Origin: a bacterium HR08
GTDB lineage: Bacteria > Acidobacteriota > Blastocatellia > HR10
Direction: 5' to 3'
Length of the DNA: 49,533 nt
NCBI GenBank assembly: GCA_002898775.1
Contig: BEHK01000002.1
Location: forward strand, 1 to 49,533
Of the stretch, positions 1 through 9,546 are shown piece after piece. The position numbers and the translations under genes are program-made. The notes below the pieces were generated by a model. That model was not told where the DNA came from and ran no database searches. It was given only the letters and a program-made list of their open reading frames with translations. Each line of letters begins with the position of its first letter. Position 1 is the first letter of the stretch.

Positions 1-334
1 TTTTTACATCGTCGGTCGGATCAAGGATGTGATCATCTCCGGTGGGGAGAACATCTACCCGGCGGAGGTCGAGAGCGTGATGCTGGGGCATCCGGATGTA
101 GCGGAGGCCGCGCTGATCGGGGTGCCGGATCCGGAGTGGGGGGAAGTCGGTCGGGCGATCGTCGTGCGCCGGCCGGGGAGCGCGCTGACGGAAGCCGAGC
201 TCCTGGCCTATCTGCGCTCTCGCCTCGCGAGTTACAAGGTGCCGAAATTCGTCGTCTTTGTCGAAGATCTGCCGAAAACCGGCGCCGGAAAAATTGATCG
301 AGCGATGCTCAGACGATGCTATGGGAACCAGTGA
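1..334 (+). CDS. Long-chain acyl-CoA synthetase / AMP-binding enzyme, C-terminal part (5'-truncated)
   Basis: FYIVGRIKDVIISGGENIYPAEVE...GVPDPEWGE...YKVPK...LPKTGAGKIDR are the conserved ANL-family C-terminal motifs. Confidence 0.92.
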   Translation, partial: FYIVGRIKDVIISGGENIYPAEVESVMLGHPDVAEAALIGVPDPEWGEVGRAIVVRRPGSALTEAELLAYLRSRLASYKVPKFVVFVEDLPKTGAGKIDRAMLRRCYGNQ

Positions 335-380
335 GAGAGGGTGAATGCGTCCTTCCGCAGATGCGCACTCGAGGAGAGAG

Positions 381-1403
381 ATGATGACGGTCATAAGTCT
401 TGCAGGACTTGGTCTGTATATCCCGGAACGCACGATGACGGCTGAGGAGTTGGCCGCGATCTCCGGGATCCCAGCCGAAGTGATCCGAACGAAGTTCGGG
501 TTGAATCGGAAGCATCTCGCCGACGTCGCTGGAAAGGGAGAGACCGTCTCCATGATGGCTGCTGAGGCTGGGCGGCGCGCCCTTCAGGACGCCGGAATAG
601 CTCCGGAGGAGGTCAACGCCTTGATTTACTTCGGGAGCATGCACAAGGACTACTACGTGTGGCTGGCCGCGCCGCGCATTCAGGAGCTTTTAGGAGCGCG
701 GCGCGCCTACGCGTTTGAAATCAGCGGAGCATCGGCCGGGCTTCCCTTCGCCTTGAAAGTGGCCCGAAGTATGATGCTCACGGATCCCGCCTTGCGCCAC
801 GTGCTGCTGGTGGCCGCTTCGACCGAGTCCATGCTCTTGGACTATACGAATCACCGTGCGCGCTTCATGTTCAACTTCGGCGATGGGGCCGCGGCGTGCC
901 TGCTCCGCCGCGATTTTCCCGTCAACATCGTCTTAGAATCCGCTTTCCTCACTGACGGCCGCTTCGCCGAATTCGTTCGCGTTCCGGCTGGAGGAGCCGT
1001 GCTCCCCCCTAGCCACGAGACCGTCGAGCGCCGTCTGCACGTTCTCGACGTCACGGATCCCGCGCGAATGAAAGAAATGCTCGATCCTATCTCACTAGAC
1101 AGCTTCGTGCGCGTTGTGCGAGAAGCCCTCGCCCGCAGTGGAGGCCTCCGTCCTGACTTCCTGATCCCCTTGCATACGAAACGCTCGCTCTTTGAGGCGC
1201 TACTGTCCGCACTCGGGCTGACGGAATCACAAGCGATCTACCTCTCGGATTACGGCCACCTCTCGGCAGCCGATCCGTTGCTCGGACTTCATCTGGCTCG
1301 GCAAGAGGGGCGATTGCGCGATGGGGACGTGGTGGTTCTGGTGAGCGCGGGGACCGGATACTCTTGGGGAGCAACGGTCATACGATGGGGGAGATTCGCA
1401 TGA
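381..1403 (+). CDS. 3-oxoacyl-ACP synthase III (FabH/KAS III)-like protein with Ser at the catalytic Cys position
   Basis: GLGLYIPE, AFEISGASAG, FNFGDGAAA, IPLH, DYGHLSAAD and SAGTGYSWGA thiolase-fold motifs; GAGGAG before ATG 381 (alternative start 345). Confidence 0.88.
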   Translation: MMTVISLAGLGLYIPERTMTAEELAAISGIPAEVIRTKFGLNRKHLADVAGKGETVSMMAAEAGRRALQDAGIAPEEVNALIYFGSMHKDYYVWLAAPRIQELLGARRAYAFEISGASAGLPFALKVARSMMLTDPALRHVLLVAASTESMLLDYTNHRARFMFNFGDGAAACLLRRDFPVNIVLESAFLTDGRFAEFVRVPAGGAVLPPSHETVERRLHVLDVTDPARMKEMLDPISLDSFVRVVREALARSGGLRPDFLIPLHTKRSLFEALLSALGLTESQAIYLSDYGHLSAADPLLGLHLARQEGRLRDGDVVVLVSAGTGYSWGATVIRWGRFA

Positions 1404-1804
1404 GCGACCTACGCATCGGTGCGAGCGCTTCCTGGTCGAAGACGATCACCATGGCCGACATTCGGGCTTTCGCCGCCCTCACCGGCGACGAGAACCCACT
1501 TCATGTGGACGAGGCTTTCGCTCAAACGACGCGCTTTGGCCGACCGATCGCTCACGGCATGCTGGTGGCGAGTTTGATCTCGACCGCGCTGAGCCGACAT
1601 CTTCCCGGACCGGGGACGATCTACCTCAGCCAGAGTCTCGAGTTCGTTCGCCCCGTCTATCCGGGCGATACGGTCACGGCCTTGGTGGAGGTGACCGAGA
1701 TCCGGGATGATAAGCCGGTGGTCACGCTGATCACGCGATGCGTGAACCAACATGGGGAAGAGGTCGTGCGCGGGAAGGCCGTCGTCCTCGCTCCCGGAAC
1801 ATGA
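1400..1804 (+). CDS. MaoC-family (R)-specific enoyl-CoA hydratase / dehydratase (PhaJ-like)
   Basis: FAALTGDENPLHVD and IAHGML, LPGPG, FVRPVYPGD motifs; ATGA overlap with the upstream stop. Confidence 0.92.
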   Translation: MSDLRIGASASWSKTITMADIRAFAALTGDENPLHVDEAFAQTTRFGRPIAHGMLVASLISTALSRHLPGPGTIYLSQSLEFVRPVYPGDTVTALVEVTEIRDDKPVVTLITRCVNQHGEEVVRGKAVVLAPGT

Positions 1805-1861
1805 CGCGTATGATGAGGATCTCATCGGACTCAAAGCGATGGCGGCCCTCGGCGGTCTACC

Positions 1862-1889
1862 TTGACAGGCCTCCATCCTCTGCTACGCT
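1862..1889 (+). promoter_or_regulatory. sigma70-type promoter of the tandem TetR gene (near-leaderless transcript)
   Basis: TTGACA (1862-1867), 16-nt spacer containing TG, TACGCT (1884-1889); ATG 9 nt downstream with no SD. Confidence 0.6.
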
Positions 1890-1898
1890 TTTCCTTCG

Positions 1899-3164
1899 AT
1901 GGGACCGATGACGCGTGCGGCGAAAAAGACACGAGCGCCCTCGACCGCACGAGGTTTGGCGACGAGGGAGCGCCTTTTGGCTGCCGCCCAAGAGGTCTTC
2001 GCCGAGGGGAGCTATCATGAGGCGTCCGTCTCCGCCATCTGCCGCCGCGCGGGCGTCGCTCTCGGGACCTTCTACCAATACTTCGCCGATAAAGAGGCGA
2101 TCTTCTCCGAATTGGTCGCGCGCACCAGCATGGCCTTGCAGGCGGAGCTCACTCGTGCCCTGCACGCCGAAGGCGACCTTCGCGCGCAACTGGATCGCAT
2201 CCTGGCGACGTTCTTCGCCTTCATCCGTCACCATCGAGCCTCTTATCGGATCTTTCGAGAGGTGGAATTCATCAACGAGCGCATGCATCATCGGTTCTAC
2301 GACGGGCTCATCGCGCTCTTACGGGAATTCCTAGCCGAGCAACGTCGCCGCGGGCAGGTTCGCGCCCTCGATCCTGAGGTCGCCGCCCTCGCCCTTATCG
2401 GCGTGGCGTACTTCCTGACCCTTCGATGGCTCATCCTCGGTCCTGGCGAGGTCCCCGAATCCACTCGCCATACGGCCGTCGAGTTCCTCCTGTCTGGGAT
2501 CGATACCGGTCGTCCCCTCACCCCCTCTCCGCAACGCCCCACCAGCGCCACCTCATTCGGCGAAGTCACTTCGTCCTCTCCCGCGACGCGTGGCGCGCTC
2601 TCTCGCCAGAGACTGCTGCAAGCCGCCAGGACGTGCTTCAGCCGCAAGGGCTTCTACGCGACGTCCATCGCGGAGATCACCCGGCGCGCGGGCGTCTCCC
2701 TCGGAGCCTTCTATCTCTACTTCTCCAGCAAGACCGAGATCCTCGATGAGCTGGTTCGGGAGCTCAACGCACAACTACGCCGGAATGCTCGCGCGGCGAT
2801 CGCCGGCCTCACCGACCGCCGCGAGATCGAGCGCGAGGGCTTTCGCGCCTTCTTCCACTTCATCCGCCAAAATCGCGAGGCCTATCGCATCGTCCGCGAA
2901 GCCGAATTCGTCTCCCCCTCGGTCGCCCGCTGGTACTTCGAGCGATTAGCCCATGGATATGTCCGCGGACTCCAAGAAGGAATGCGTCGCGGAGAGATTC
3001 GCCCGCTTGACGCGGAGACCCTGGCGTATTGCCTCATGGGCATCGGTCACTTCGTGGGCTTGCGCTGGGTCGTCTGGTCCTCACGTCCCTCGCTTCCGAA
3101 GCGTGTCTTCGATCACGCCTTGGACTTAATCCTTCGTGGCTTGAAGGGCCCGCTCCCTGAATAG
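1899..3164 (+). CDS. Tandem (double-domain) TetR/AcrR-family transcriptional regulator
   Basis: Two HTH units (RERLLAAAQEVF...AGVALGTFYQYF and RQRLLQAARTCF...AGVSLGAFYLYF), each followed by a YRI.RE.EF ligand domain, joined by a Pro/Ser/Thr linker. Confidence 0.92.
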   Translation: MGPMTRAAKKTRAPSTARGLATRERLLAAAQEVFAEGSYHEASVSAICRRAGVALGTFYQYFADKEAIFSELVARTSMALQAELTRALHAEGDLRAQLDRILATFFAFIRHHRASYRIFREVEFINERMHHRFYDGLIALLREFLAEQRRRGQVRALDPEVAALALIGVAYFLTLRWLILGPGEVPESTRHTAVEFLLSGIDTGRPLTPSPQRPTSATSFGEVTSSSPATRGALSRQRLLQAARTCFSRKGFYATSIAEITRRAGVSLGAFYLYFSSKTEILDELVRELNAQLRRNARAAIAGLTDRREIEREGFRAFFHFIRQNREAYRIVREAEFVSPSVARWYFERLAHGYVRGLQEGMRRGEIRPLDAETLAYCLMGIGHFVGLRWVVWSSRPSLPKRVFDHALDLILRGLKGPLPE

Positions 3165-3292
3165 GCGGTGAAGACTTCCTGCCGGATGGGTGCGCCCCAG
3201 CGCCTAACGCACGCGATATCGGCCAGCGACGACCGCCAACGCCCCCTCGACGCTCAGATCCTCGAATGGTCGGAATCTCTCCGCTGACCCCC

Positions 3293-3333
3293 TTGACAGG
3301 TTGGACGACTTATGATATATGAATCGGGTCTCA
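3293..3333 (+). promoter_or_regulatory. Candidate promoter plus pseudo-palindromic operator of the TBDR/hydrolase operon
   Basis: TTGACA 3293-3298, AT-rich TATGATATATG 3311-3321 (imperfect -10 at 17 nt), TGAATCGGGTCTCA 3320-3333. Confidence 0.4.
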
Positions 3334-3360
3334 GAAATCGAGATTTTTGGAGGCCAAGAT

Positions 3361-4188
3361 ATGAACTTAGCTCATCGAGTGCTCGAACTCACGGTGACAG
3401 TGCTCATAGTGTCACTAGGCGTCGGGATGGCTCCGGCGCAGGGCGGTCCCCCCTCCCTGCTTCTTGAGGTCGCGCCGCCAGAGGCTGGTCCCATTGGCGG
3501 GAGCGTGCGCGTGGTGGGGATGGCGCCGAGTGTGGTGGACCTGAACGCGATTTTCAGCGGGCAGCTCATCAGTCCGATTCCGCTGGCCGGGCCGCCGCAG
3601 ATCAACATCGAGCCGCTGTTTGACGCCAGCGAGTTCCCCGATGGACCGCGACGCGTCACGCTGACCTACCGCCCGGTGACCATTCGGGCGAACACGCCGT
3701 TCATTCCAGGAGCCGTCGGGTGGGTGCTGCCGGCGCGTATCGGTTCGACGCTCACCCCCGAATCGTTTTTGCGTCGCTTCCTGAGCGATTACATCCTGGA
3801 GGTCAATGGCTTCAAGTTCGCCGACGAGGACCTCATCAAGCCGGAGAACGTCGTCTCCATCGGTCCGATTGACGGTGCGGTGGTCGGCTTCCCCGGTCAG
3901 ATGGTTCATATTTGGGCGGTCAATTTCTCGCAACGCATCAGTGAGCCGGGCACCTATCGGATTCGGAACAGCGTTCGGATCCCGAAAACGGAGCCCGCTC
4001 CCGAACTCGGGCTTTCGTTTCTCGCCGGCGAATTGATCATTGACATCACGATCAACATCCAACCCGTCGGTGCCGCGGCCGCCTCGGTTGGCCCTCAGCC
4101 GCCTGCACTGAACCATTGGGCGGCCATCGGCCAAATGCTGCGCGACGTTCAGGCGGCGCTCGGTGCTGATCCCCTGTCATGGAGGTGA
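3361..4188 (+). CDS. Secreted hypothetical protein (beta-strand-rich)
   Basis: GGAGG SD before ATG 3361; hydrophobic N-terminus ending APA-Q; stop 4 nt before the TBDR start; no family recognised. Confidence 0.75.
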   Translation: MNLAHRVLELTVTVLIVSLGVGMAPAQGGPPSLLLEVAPPEAGPIGGSVRVVGMAPSVVDLNAIFSGQLISPIPLAGPPQINIEPLFDASEFPDGPRRVTLTYRPVTIRANTPFIPGAVGWVLPARIGSTLTPESFLRRFLSDYILEVNGFKFADEDLIKPENVVSIGPIDGAVVGFPGQMVHIWAVNFSQRISEPGTYRIRNSVRIPKTEPAPELGLSFLAGELIIDITINIQPVGAAAASVGPQPPALNHWAAIGQMLRDVQAALGADPLSWR

Positions 4189-4192
4189 GAAG

Positions 4193-7100
4193 ATGAAGTT
4201 CAAACGACTTTCTCTCCTGTGCCTGATACTGGTTCTCTGCAGCAGCGGTCGCGCTGCTGCGCAATCAGCTTCGACCGGACAGATCACGGGGACCGTTCGG
4301 GACCCTTCGGGAGCCGTCCTCCCCGATGCGCTCGTGGTGGCGAAGAGCCCGACGGGTCTGGTTCGAGAAGTCCGCACGGATGAAGCCGGTCGCTATGTCA
4401 TCCCGCTCCTCCCTCCCGGCGTCTATCGGCTGGAGATCAGCCGTGCGGGATTCAAGACCTACGTGCTCGAAGACGTCACCGTGCGCCTCACCGAGACGAC
4501 GGTGGCCGACGCGAGCCTGGAGATCGGTGAACTCGCCGAGACGATCACCGTGGAGGCGGAGAATCCGCTGCTTCAAGCGGACCGGCCGACGACCGGGCGG
4601 GTGATCACGGGACGGGCGTTGACGGAACTGCCGCTCGCCACGCGCAATTTCACGCAACTGTTCGCCCTGACGGCGGGCACCAACGTGGATCTCCCCGATC
4701 ACTCGGCTGCGGGATTGAACACGCTCGACATCTCGGTCAACGGCCTGAACCGCTACAACAACAACTTCCAGCTCAACGGCATTGACACCAACGGCATCGG
4801 CATCAACAACGCCTTCAGCTATCCCGTCCCGGCGCCGGATGCCCTGCAGGAGTTCAAAGTCCAAACGAGCCTCTACGATGCCTCCTACGGCCGCAGCGCG
4901 GGCGGACAGATCGTCGTCGTCACGCGATCAGGGACGAACGAATTCCACGGCAGCTTTTATCATTTCCTGCGCAACGACAAGCTCAACGCTAACGACTTCT
5001 TCTTCAACAGTACAGGGACGCCCCGACCGAAATTCATTCGCAATCAGTTCGGGTTCACCCTCGGCGGCCCGATCTCCCGGGATCGAACGTATTTCTTCGG
5101 GTCGTATCAAGGCTCGCGGGAACGCAATGGAGCCGCTCGCGGGGCTCTCTCGACGTTGGCCTTGCCGCCCCTGCTGACGAACGATCGTTCCCCGGCGGGA
5201 ATCGCGCGCGCCTCGGGAGTCCCCGAAGCGGTCATCTCGCCGGTAGCCTTACGGCTCCTCAACGCGCGCCTGCCTGATGGCTCGCTGGTCATCCCCTCGC
5301 CTCAGGTGAACCGTCCGGGCGTAAATTATTCCGTCTCGGTCCCCATTCGCTTTCGGGAAGACCAGTTCACCGTCAACCTGGATCACCAACTCCGTGCCAA
5401 CAACAAGCTGAGCGGGAAGTTCTTCTTCACGCAGAATCCGGAGAAGGTCGGTCTCAACGTCTTCTTCGGCGCGAACGTGCCCGGATTCGGCTCCTCGCTG
5501 CAAAATAACAACCGACACCTGGCTCTGTCCGATCTCCATATCTTTGGTCCGAACTTGACCAACGAGGTGCGCGTCGGGCTGCATCGGCTGGCAGCAGATT
5601 TTCGTCCGAACGAGCCGATCACAGCGGCATCGGTCGGGATCTCGCGCTTCAACACCTCGATCTTTCCCGGCATTCCGACCATCGGCGTGCTCGGCAGCTT
5701 TCAAATCGGTCCCGGCCCCTTCGATCAGCTCTTCACCGTGATCAACACCTTCACCTATGCCGACACCATCTCCTACGTTCGCGGCCGTCATCACCTGCGG
5801 GTAGGAGTCGAAGTCCGTCGTCTTCAGGAGAACGGCGATTTGCCCTCGTTCCATCGCGGGCAAATTCTCTTCCTGGACTTCCCCTCGTTCGTGCGGGGCG
5901 ACATCTTTTTGACGCTTGTGGCCTCCGGCATCAGCGACTTTCATTATCGCAACACAGACTTCAACGCCTTCGTCCAAGACGATGTGAAAGTCAGCCCGCG
6001 CCTGACACTCAACCTCGGCCTGCGATACGAGTTCAACGGGGCGGCGTCGGACAAGTTCGGCCGGTTGCAGACGTTCGATCCCGCACAGTATCGTACCGGC
6101 CCTCCCCCCAATGGATTCGTGATCGCCGGCAATGCGAAGGGACGATTTCGGGTCCCCGGCGTCCCGTTGGTGAGCGACACGATCCTGAAGAGCGAGGACC
6201 CCAACAACTTTGCGCCTCGTTTCGGTTTCGCGTACAGACTCTCGGAGGCGCATCGTGTAGTCCTGCGTGGCGGGTATGGCATCTTCTTTGATCGGCTCTC
6301 GAATCAGCCTCCCTTCTTCGCCGTCGGGTCCATCCCCTTCGGAGCCTTTGACGTCGGCGTCTTCCCGACCGCGTTCCGTGGTGCGACGTTCGCCAATCCC
6401 TTCCCCAACCTCGGTCTGCCGAGCGAATTCCCGAAAGTCCCCATCGTTCCAAATGCCGCTCAGTTGGCGGCCGGAACGGCTCCCATCTCCGGCTTCTTCA
6501 TGGATCCGAACATGCGCACGCCCTACGCGCAACAATACAACCTGAACCTCCAATACGAGTTCGCCAAAGATTTTCTTCTGGAGATCGGCTACGTCGGGAC
6601 GAAAGGAACGAAGCTCATCCAGCAGGTGCGAATCGCGCAGGCGCAACTGGCCAGCCCATCGCGCCCGATCAACGGGATCACCGAAAATACGCCGGCCAAC
6701 GCCGTGCTGCGCTCCCGATTCCTGGGATTCTCTCCTGATGGACTGAAGCAGTTTCAAACGTCGGGCAATTCCACTTATCACTCGCTGCAGCTCACGGTGA
6801 CCAAGCGCCTCGGTCGCGGGCTTCAATTTCTGGCCGCGTATACGTTGAGCAAGTGGTTGGACGATCGAACCACGATCACGGGCTTGCAGGGCGATGCGAC
6901 GGCCTTCGCCCCCGGCGATCAATTCCATCTCTCGCTCAACAAAGGCCGGTCGGACCTCGATCGGCGCCATCGCCTGGTCGTCAGCGGGACATACGATTTC
7001 CCGACGATCGCAAAGCGTGGAGCGCTCGGCCATCTCCTCTCCGGCTGGGAGCTGGCTTGGATCGCCACATTCCAATCGGGCCGTCCCTTCAGCATCCTGG

Positions 7101-7501
7101 ACTCCAGCGGGGCGTCGCTCTTCGGCGTGACGACCTCGCGCGCGAGCTTCGCTCCGGGAGCGACGCTCAAGACGGCTCTCCGACAAGGGCCTGTGCACCG
7201 CCGTTTGAATCAGTTCTTCAATCCGGCGGCGTTCGTCACGGCGGGCCCGGGCTTTGGGAACGCCGGGCGGAATATCCTCACCGGGCCGGATCAGCGAAAC
7301 GTGGACCTATCGCTCCTCAAGCGAATTCCCGTTCGTGAGGGGCAATATCTGGAATTCCGCGCCGAGTTCTTCAACGCCTTCAATATCGTCAACTTCGCCA
7401 ATCCGGGGAGCGACATCGCCACGCCGGCGACCTTCGGGGTGATCACTCAAACGAGCACCAGTCCGCGCCTCGTTCAGTTCGCCCTGCGGTACAGCTTCTG
7501 A
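4193..7501 (+). CDS. TonB-dependent receptor, Oar-like, with N-terminal carboxypeptidase-regulatory-like domain
   Basis: Signal peptide, GQITGTVRDPSGAV, LQEFKVQTSLYDASYGRSAGG, SGTNEFHG, LTLNLGLRYE, NNFAPRFGFAY, C-terminal PRLVQFALRYSF. Confidence 0.95.
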   Translation: MKFKRLSLLCLILVLCSSGRAAAQSASTGQITGTVRDPSGAVLPDALVVAKSPTGLVREVRTDEAGRYVIPLLPPGVYRLEISRAGFKTYVLEDVTVRLTETTVADASLEIGELAETITVEAENPLLQADRPTTGRVITGRALTELPLATRNFTQLFALTAGTNVDLPDHSAAGLNTLDISVNGLNRYNNNFQLNGIDTNGIGINNAFSYPVPAPDALQEFKVQTSLYDASYGRSAGGQIVVVTRSGTNEFHGSFYHFLRNDKLNANDFFFNSTGTPRPKFIRNQFGFTLGGPISRDRTYFFGSYQGSRERNGAARGALSTLALPPLLTNDRSPAGIARASGVPEAVISPVALRLLNARLPDGSLVIPSPQVNRPGVNYSVSVPIRFREDQFTVNLDHQLRANNKLSGKFFFTQNPEKVGLNVFFGANVPGFGSSLQNNNRHLALSDLHIFGPNLTNEVRVGLHRLAADFRPNEPITAASVGISRFNTSIFPGIPTIGVLGSFQIGPGPFDQLFTVINTFTYADTISYVRGRHHLRVGVEVRRLQENGDLPSFHRGQILFLDFPSFVRGDIFLTLVASGISDFHYRNTDFNAFVQDDVKVSPRLTLNLGLRYEFNGAASDKFGRLQTFDPAQYRTGPPPNGFVIAGNAKGRFRVPGVPLVSDTILKSEDPNNFAPRFGFAYRLSEAHRVVLRGGYGIFFDRLSNQPPFFAVGSIPFGAFDVGVFPTAFRGATFANPFPNLGLPSEFPKVPIVPNAAQLAAGTAPISGFFMDPNMRTPYAQQYNLNLQYEFAKDFLLEIGYVGTKGTKLIQQVRIAQAQLASPSRPINGITENTPANAVLRSRFLGFSPDGLKQFQTSGNSTYHSLQLTVTKRLGRGLQFLAAYTLSKWLDDRTTITGLQGDATAFAPGDQFHLSLNKGRSDLDRRHRLVVSGTYDFPTIAKRGALGHLLSGWELAWIATFQSGRPFSILDSSGASLFGVTTSRASFAPGATLKTALRQGPVHRRLNQFFNPAAFVTAGPGFGNAGRNILTGPDQRNVDLSLLKRIPVREGQYLEFRAEFFNAFNIVNFANPGSDIATPATFGVITQTSTSPRLVQFALRYSF

Positions 7502-7513
7502 GGAGGGTCGCTC

Positions 7514-8299
7514 ATGCCGTTCGTCTCCGTAGGCGATCTTCGCATCCATTATCGAGAGCATGGCGCGGGTGATGAGCCGGTCCTCTTTGTCCACGGGAAT
7601 CTCGCCTCCGGGCGATGGTGGGAGCCGGTGATCTCTCGCCTGCCCGCCGAACGCTATCGAATGGTGGCGCCAGACCTGCGCGGCTGTGGACAGAGCGACA
7701 AACCCGACACGGGATACACTGTGCCGGAACTGGCTGAGGACGTTCGGGCCTTTGTGACGGCAGTGGGGCTGCGCTCGTTCCATCTGATCGGACACTCGAT
7801 GGGCGGCGCGATCTCGCTTCTCTACGCGCTCGATCATCCGATGACGGTCCGAAGCCTGACGCTGATCGCGCCGGTTCCGCCCGAGGGCCTCACGCTGGCC
7901 GAGGAGCTTTATCCCCTCATGGAGGAGATGCGGCGGGATCGAGCACGGCTGCGAGAGGGATTCCTCGAATTCCTGCCCGGGCTCGCGACCGATGAGCTGT
8001 TGGAGGCGCTCGTGGATGATGCCTTCGTCTGCCATCCGGCGTGCTACGGCGAGCTTCCCCGAAGCTTCGGAACATTGCAGTTTGCCGATCGGCTGACGAC
8101 GCTCCGGTTGCCAACGTTGATCGTATGGGGCGAACAAGATCGGCTCATCCCTCGCATGGCCATGGAACGATTGCGTGACGCTATCCAAGGCAGCCGATTG
8201 GAGATCCTGCCTGATGTCGGGCATGGGCCGCAGGTGGAAGCTCCAGACCGCCTCGCCGCCCTTCTTGGTGAGTTCCTGACATCCCTCAAGGGAGAGTGA
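7514..8299 (+). CDS. alpha/beta-fold hydrolase (esterase/lactonase-like), no signal peptide
   Basis: FVHGN oxyanion region, DLRGCGQS, GHSMGG nucleophile, GEQD, VGHGPQVE. Confidence 0.92.
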   Translation: MPFVSVGDLRIHYREHGAGDEPVLFVHGNLASGRWWEPVISRLPAERYRMVAPDLRGCGQSDKPDTGYTVPELAEDVRAFVTAVGLRSFHLIGHSMGGAISLLYALDHPMTVRSLTLIAPVPPEGLTLAEELYPLMEEMRRDRARLREGFLEFLPGLATDELLEALVDDAFVCHPACYGELPRSFGTLQFADRLTTLRLPTLIVWGEQDRLIPRMAMERLRDAIQGSRLEILPDVGHGPQVEAPDRLAALLGEFLTSLKGE

Positions 8300-8301
8300 G
8301 T

Positions 8302-9546
8302 ATGCGCCTTCGAGTCTCCTTTCTATTCAGCGCCCTCGTGCTCGGCATCTCTTCCTCTTCGACCCGAGGAGGGTTAGGCGCTTCATCGCTCGTTTTGGAA
8401 GCGACGTTCACGAGCGTCGCCAACGGCTGGGTTAAGGTTGAGCGGTGGCGGGATATGAACCCGAATTTCATCCAAGAAGATTTCCCTCCTGATGGCCGCG
8501 GGGATCAGGATGGGCAACGGGCCACGTTCTTTGGGACCTCGCGACCGCACTCGAGTCAGTTTCTCCTCTACTATGCCCCAGGATGGGATACGAATCCGCG
8601 CCCCGTTCCCGTCCTGCTCGTCCACGGAGCGAACTATAATGCAGATCTGGCGTGGGCGAATCCCGCCGAAGCAGGACCGTATGCGTGCGGTGCGGCGACG
8701 TGTCCGTCCACGGGGCTCATGCAGTTTCTGAGCGCGCGCGGATATAAGGTCTTCGCCATCAATTTCCCCCATAGACAGGGGGATAATTACTTCTGGGCTC
8801 AACTGATTCGCGACGCCATTCAGGTGGTAAAAGCCAGAACCGGAGCGGCACATGTTGACATCGTCGCGTGGAGCAAAGGAGCCTTCGCAGCACGGATGTA
8901 CGTGAGCGGCGTTCGGACGTGGGGAGACGCTTATGCGAACGACGTGAGGAAACTCGTCCTGATAGGCAGCCCAAATGCGGGAACGGATTGGACATTCCGG
9001 CACGGATGGTCTCACAACTTTCTCATCTGGCCGGAGTGCGGGGGTCGCGTTAATGGGCCTTCCCCTCACACGGGGATGGTGTGTTGGGGACTCTGGAGAT
9101 TCCATCCGGAGCTCTCTGTGTATCGGACTCCAACGGGAGACTTCTTCCCCGGCGCGCGGCAGATGCTCGCACGTTGGGATGGCGTATACCCGCTTCCCTT
9201 GTGGGAACAAGACAGTTGGTCAACTTATTACGGCGGATGGGGAGTCTACACCTTCGGCTACGGGATTCAATTTGCCATAGATCAAGGCTCCCTCGTCTCT
9301 GCCGTATTGAATGCGAGTATCCCAGCGAGCGTGCAGGTGTATCTCCTCTCTGGAAATGCGGCCGATATTCCCGGCATTCACAACGAACACACCGGGCCTA
9401 GCGATGGCATTGTTTTCGTGGCCAGTTCTGCAAACACGCGGGGCATCAACACAGTGAGTGGCAACGTGATCCTTAATGGCCTGAATCATCTGAAATTGAT
9501 ATGGGCAGATGCAGCGATGAATCAAATCGAGAGCTGGCTTCAGTGA
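8302..9546 (+). CDS. Secreted lipase/esterase-fold hydrolase (candidate polyester depolymerase)
   Basis: Signal peptide; PVLLVHGAN, VDIVAWSKG nucleophile elbow, IGSPNAG, PSDGIV (Asp), LNHLKL (His); four Cys; Trp/Tyr-rich. Confidence 0.85.
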   Translation: MRLRVSFLFSALVLGISSSSTRGGLGASSLVLEATFTSVANGWVKVERWRDMNPNFIQEDFPPDGRGDQDGQRATFFGTSRPHSSQFLLYYAPGWDTNPRPVPVLLVHGANYNADLAWANPAEAGPYACGAATCPSTGLMQFLSARGYKVFAINFPHRQGDNYFWAQLIRDAIQVVKARTGAAHVDIVAWSKGAFAARMYVSGVRTWGDAYANDVRKLVLIGSPNAGTDWTFRHGWSHNFLIWPECGGRVNGPSPHTGMVCWGLWRFHPELSVYRTPTGDFFPGARQMLARWDGVYPLPLWEQDSWSTYYGGWGVYTFGYGIQFAIDQGSLVSAVLNASIPASVQVYLLSGNAADIPGIHNEHTGPSDGIVFVASSANTRGINTVSGNVILNGLNHLKLIWADAAMNQIESWLQ

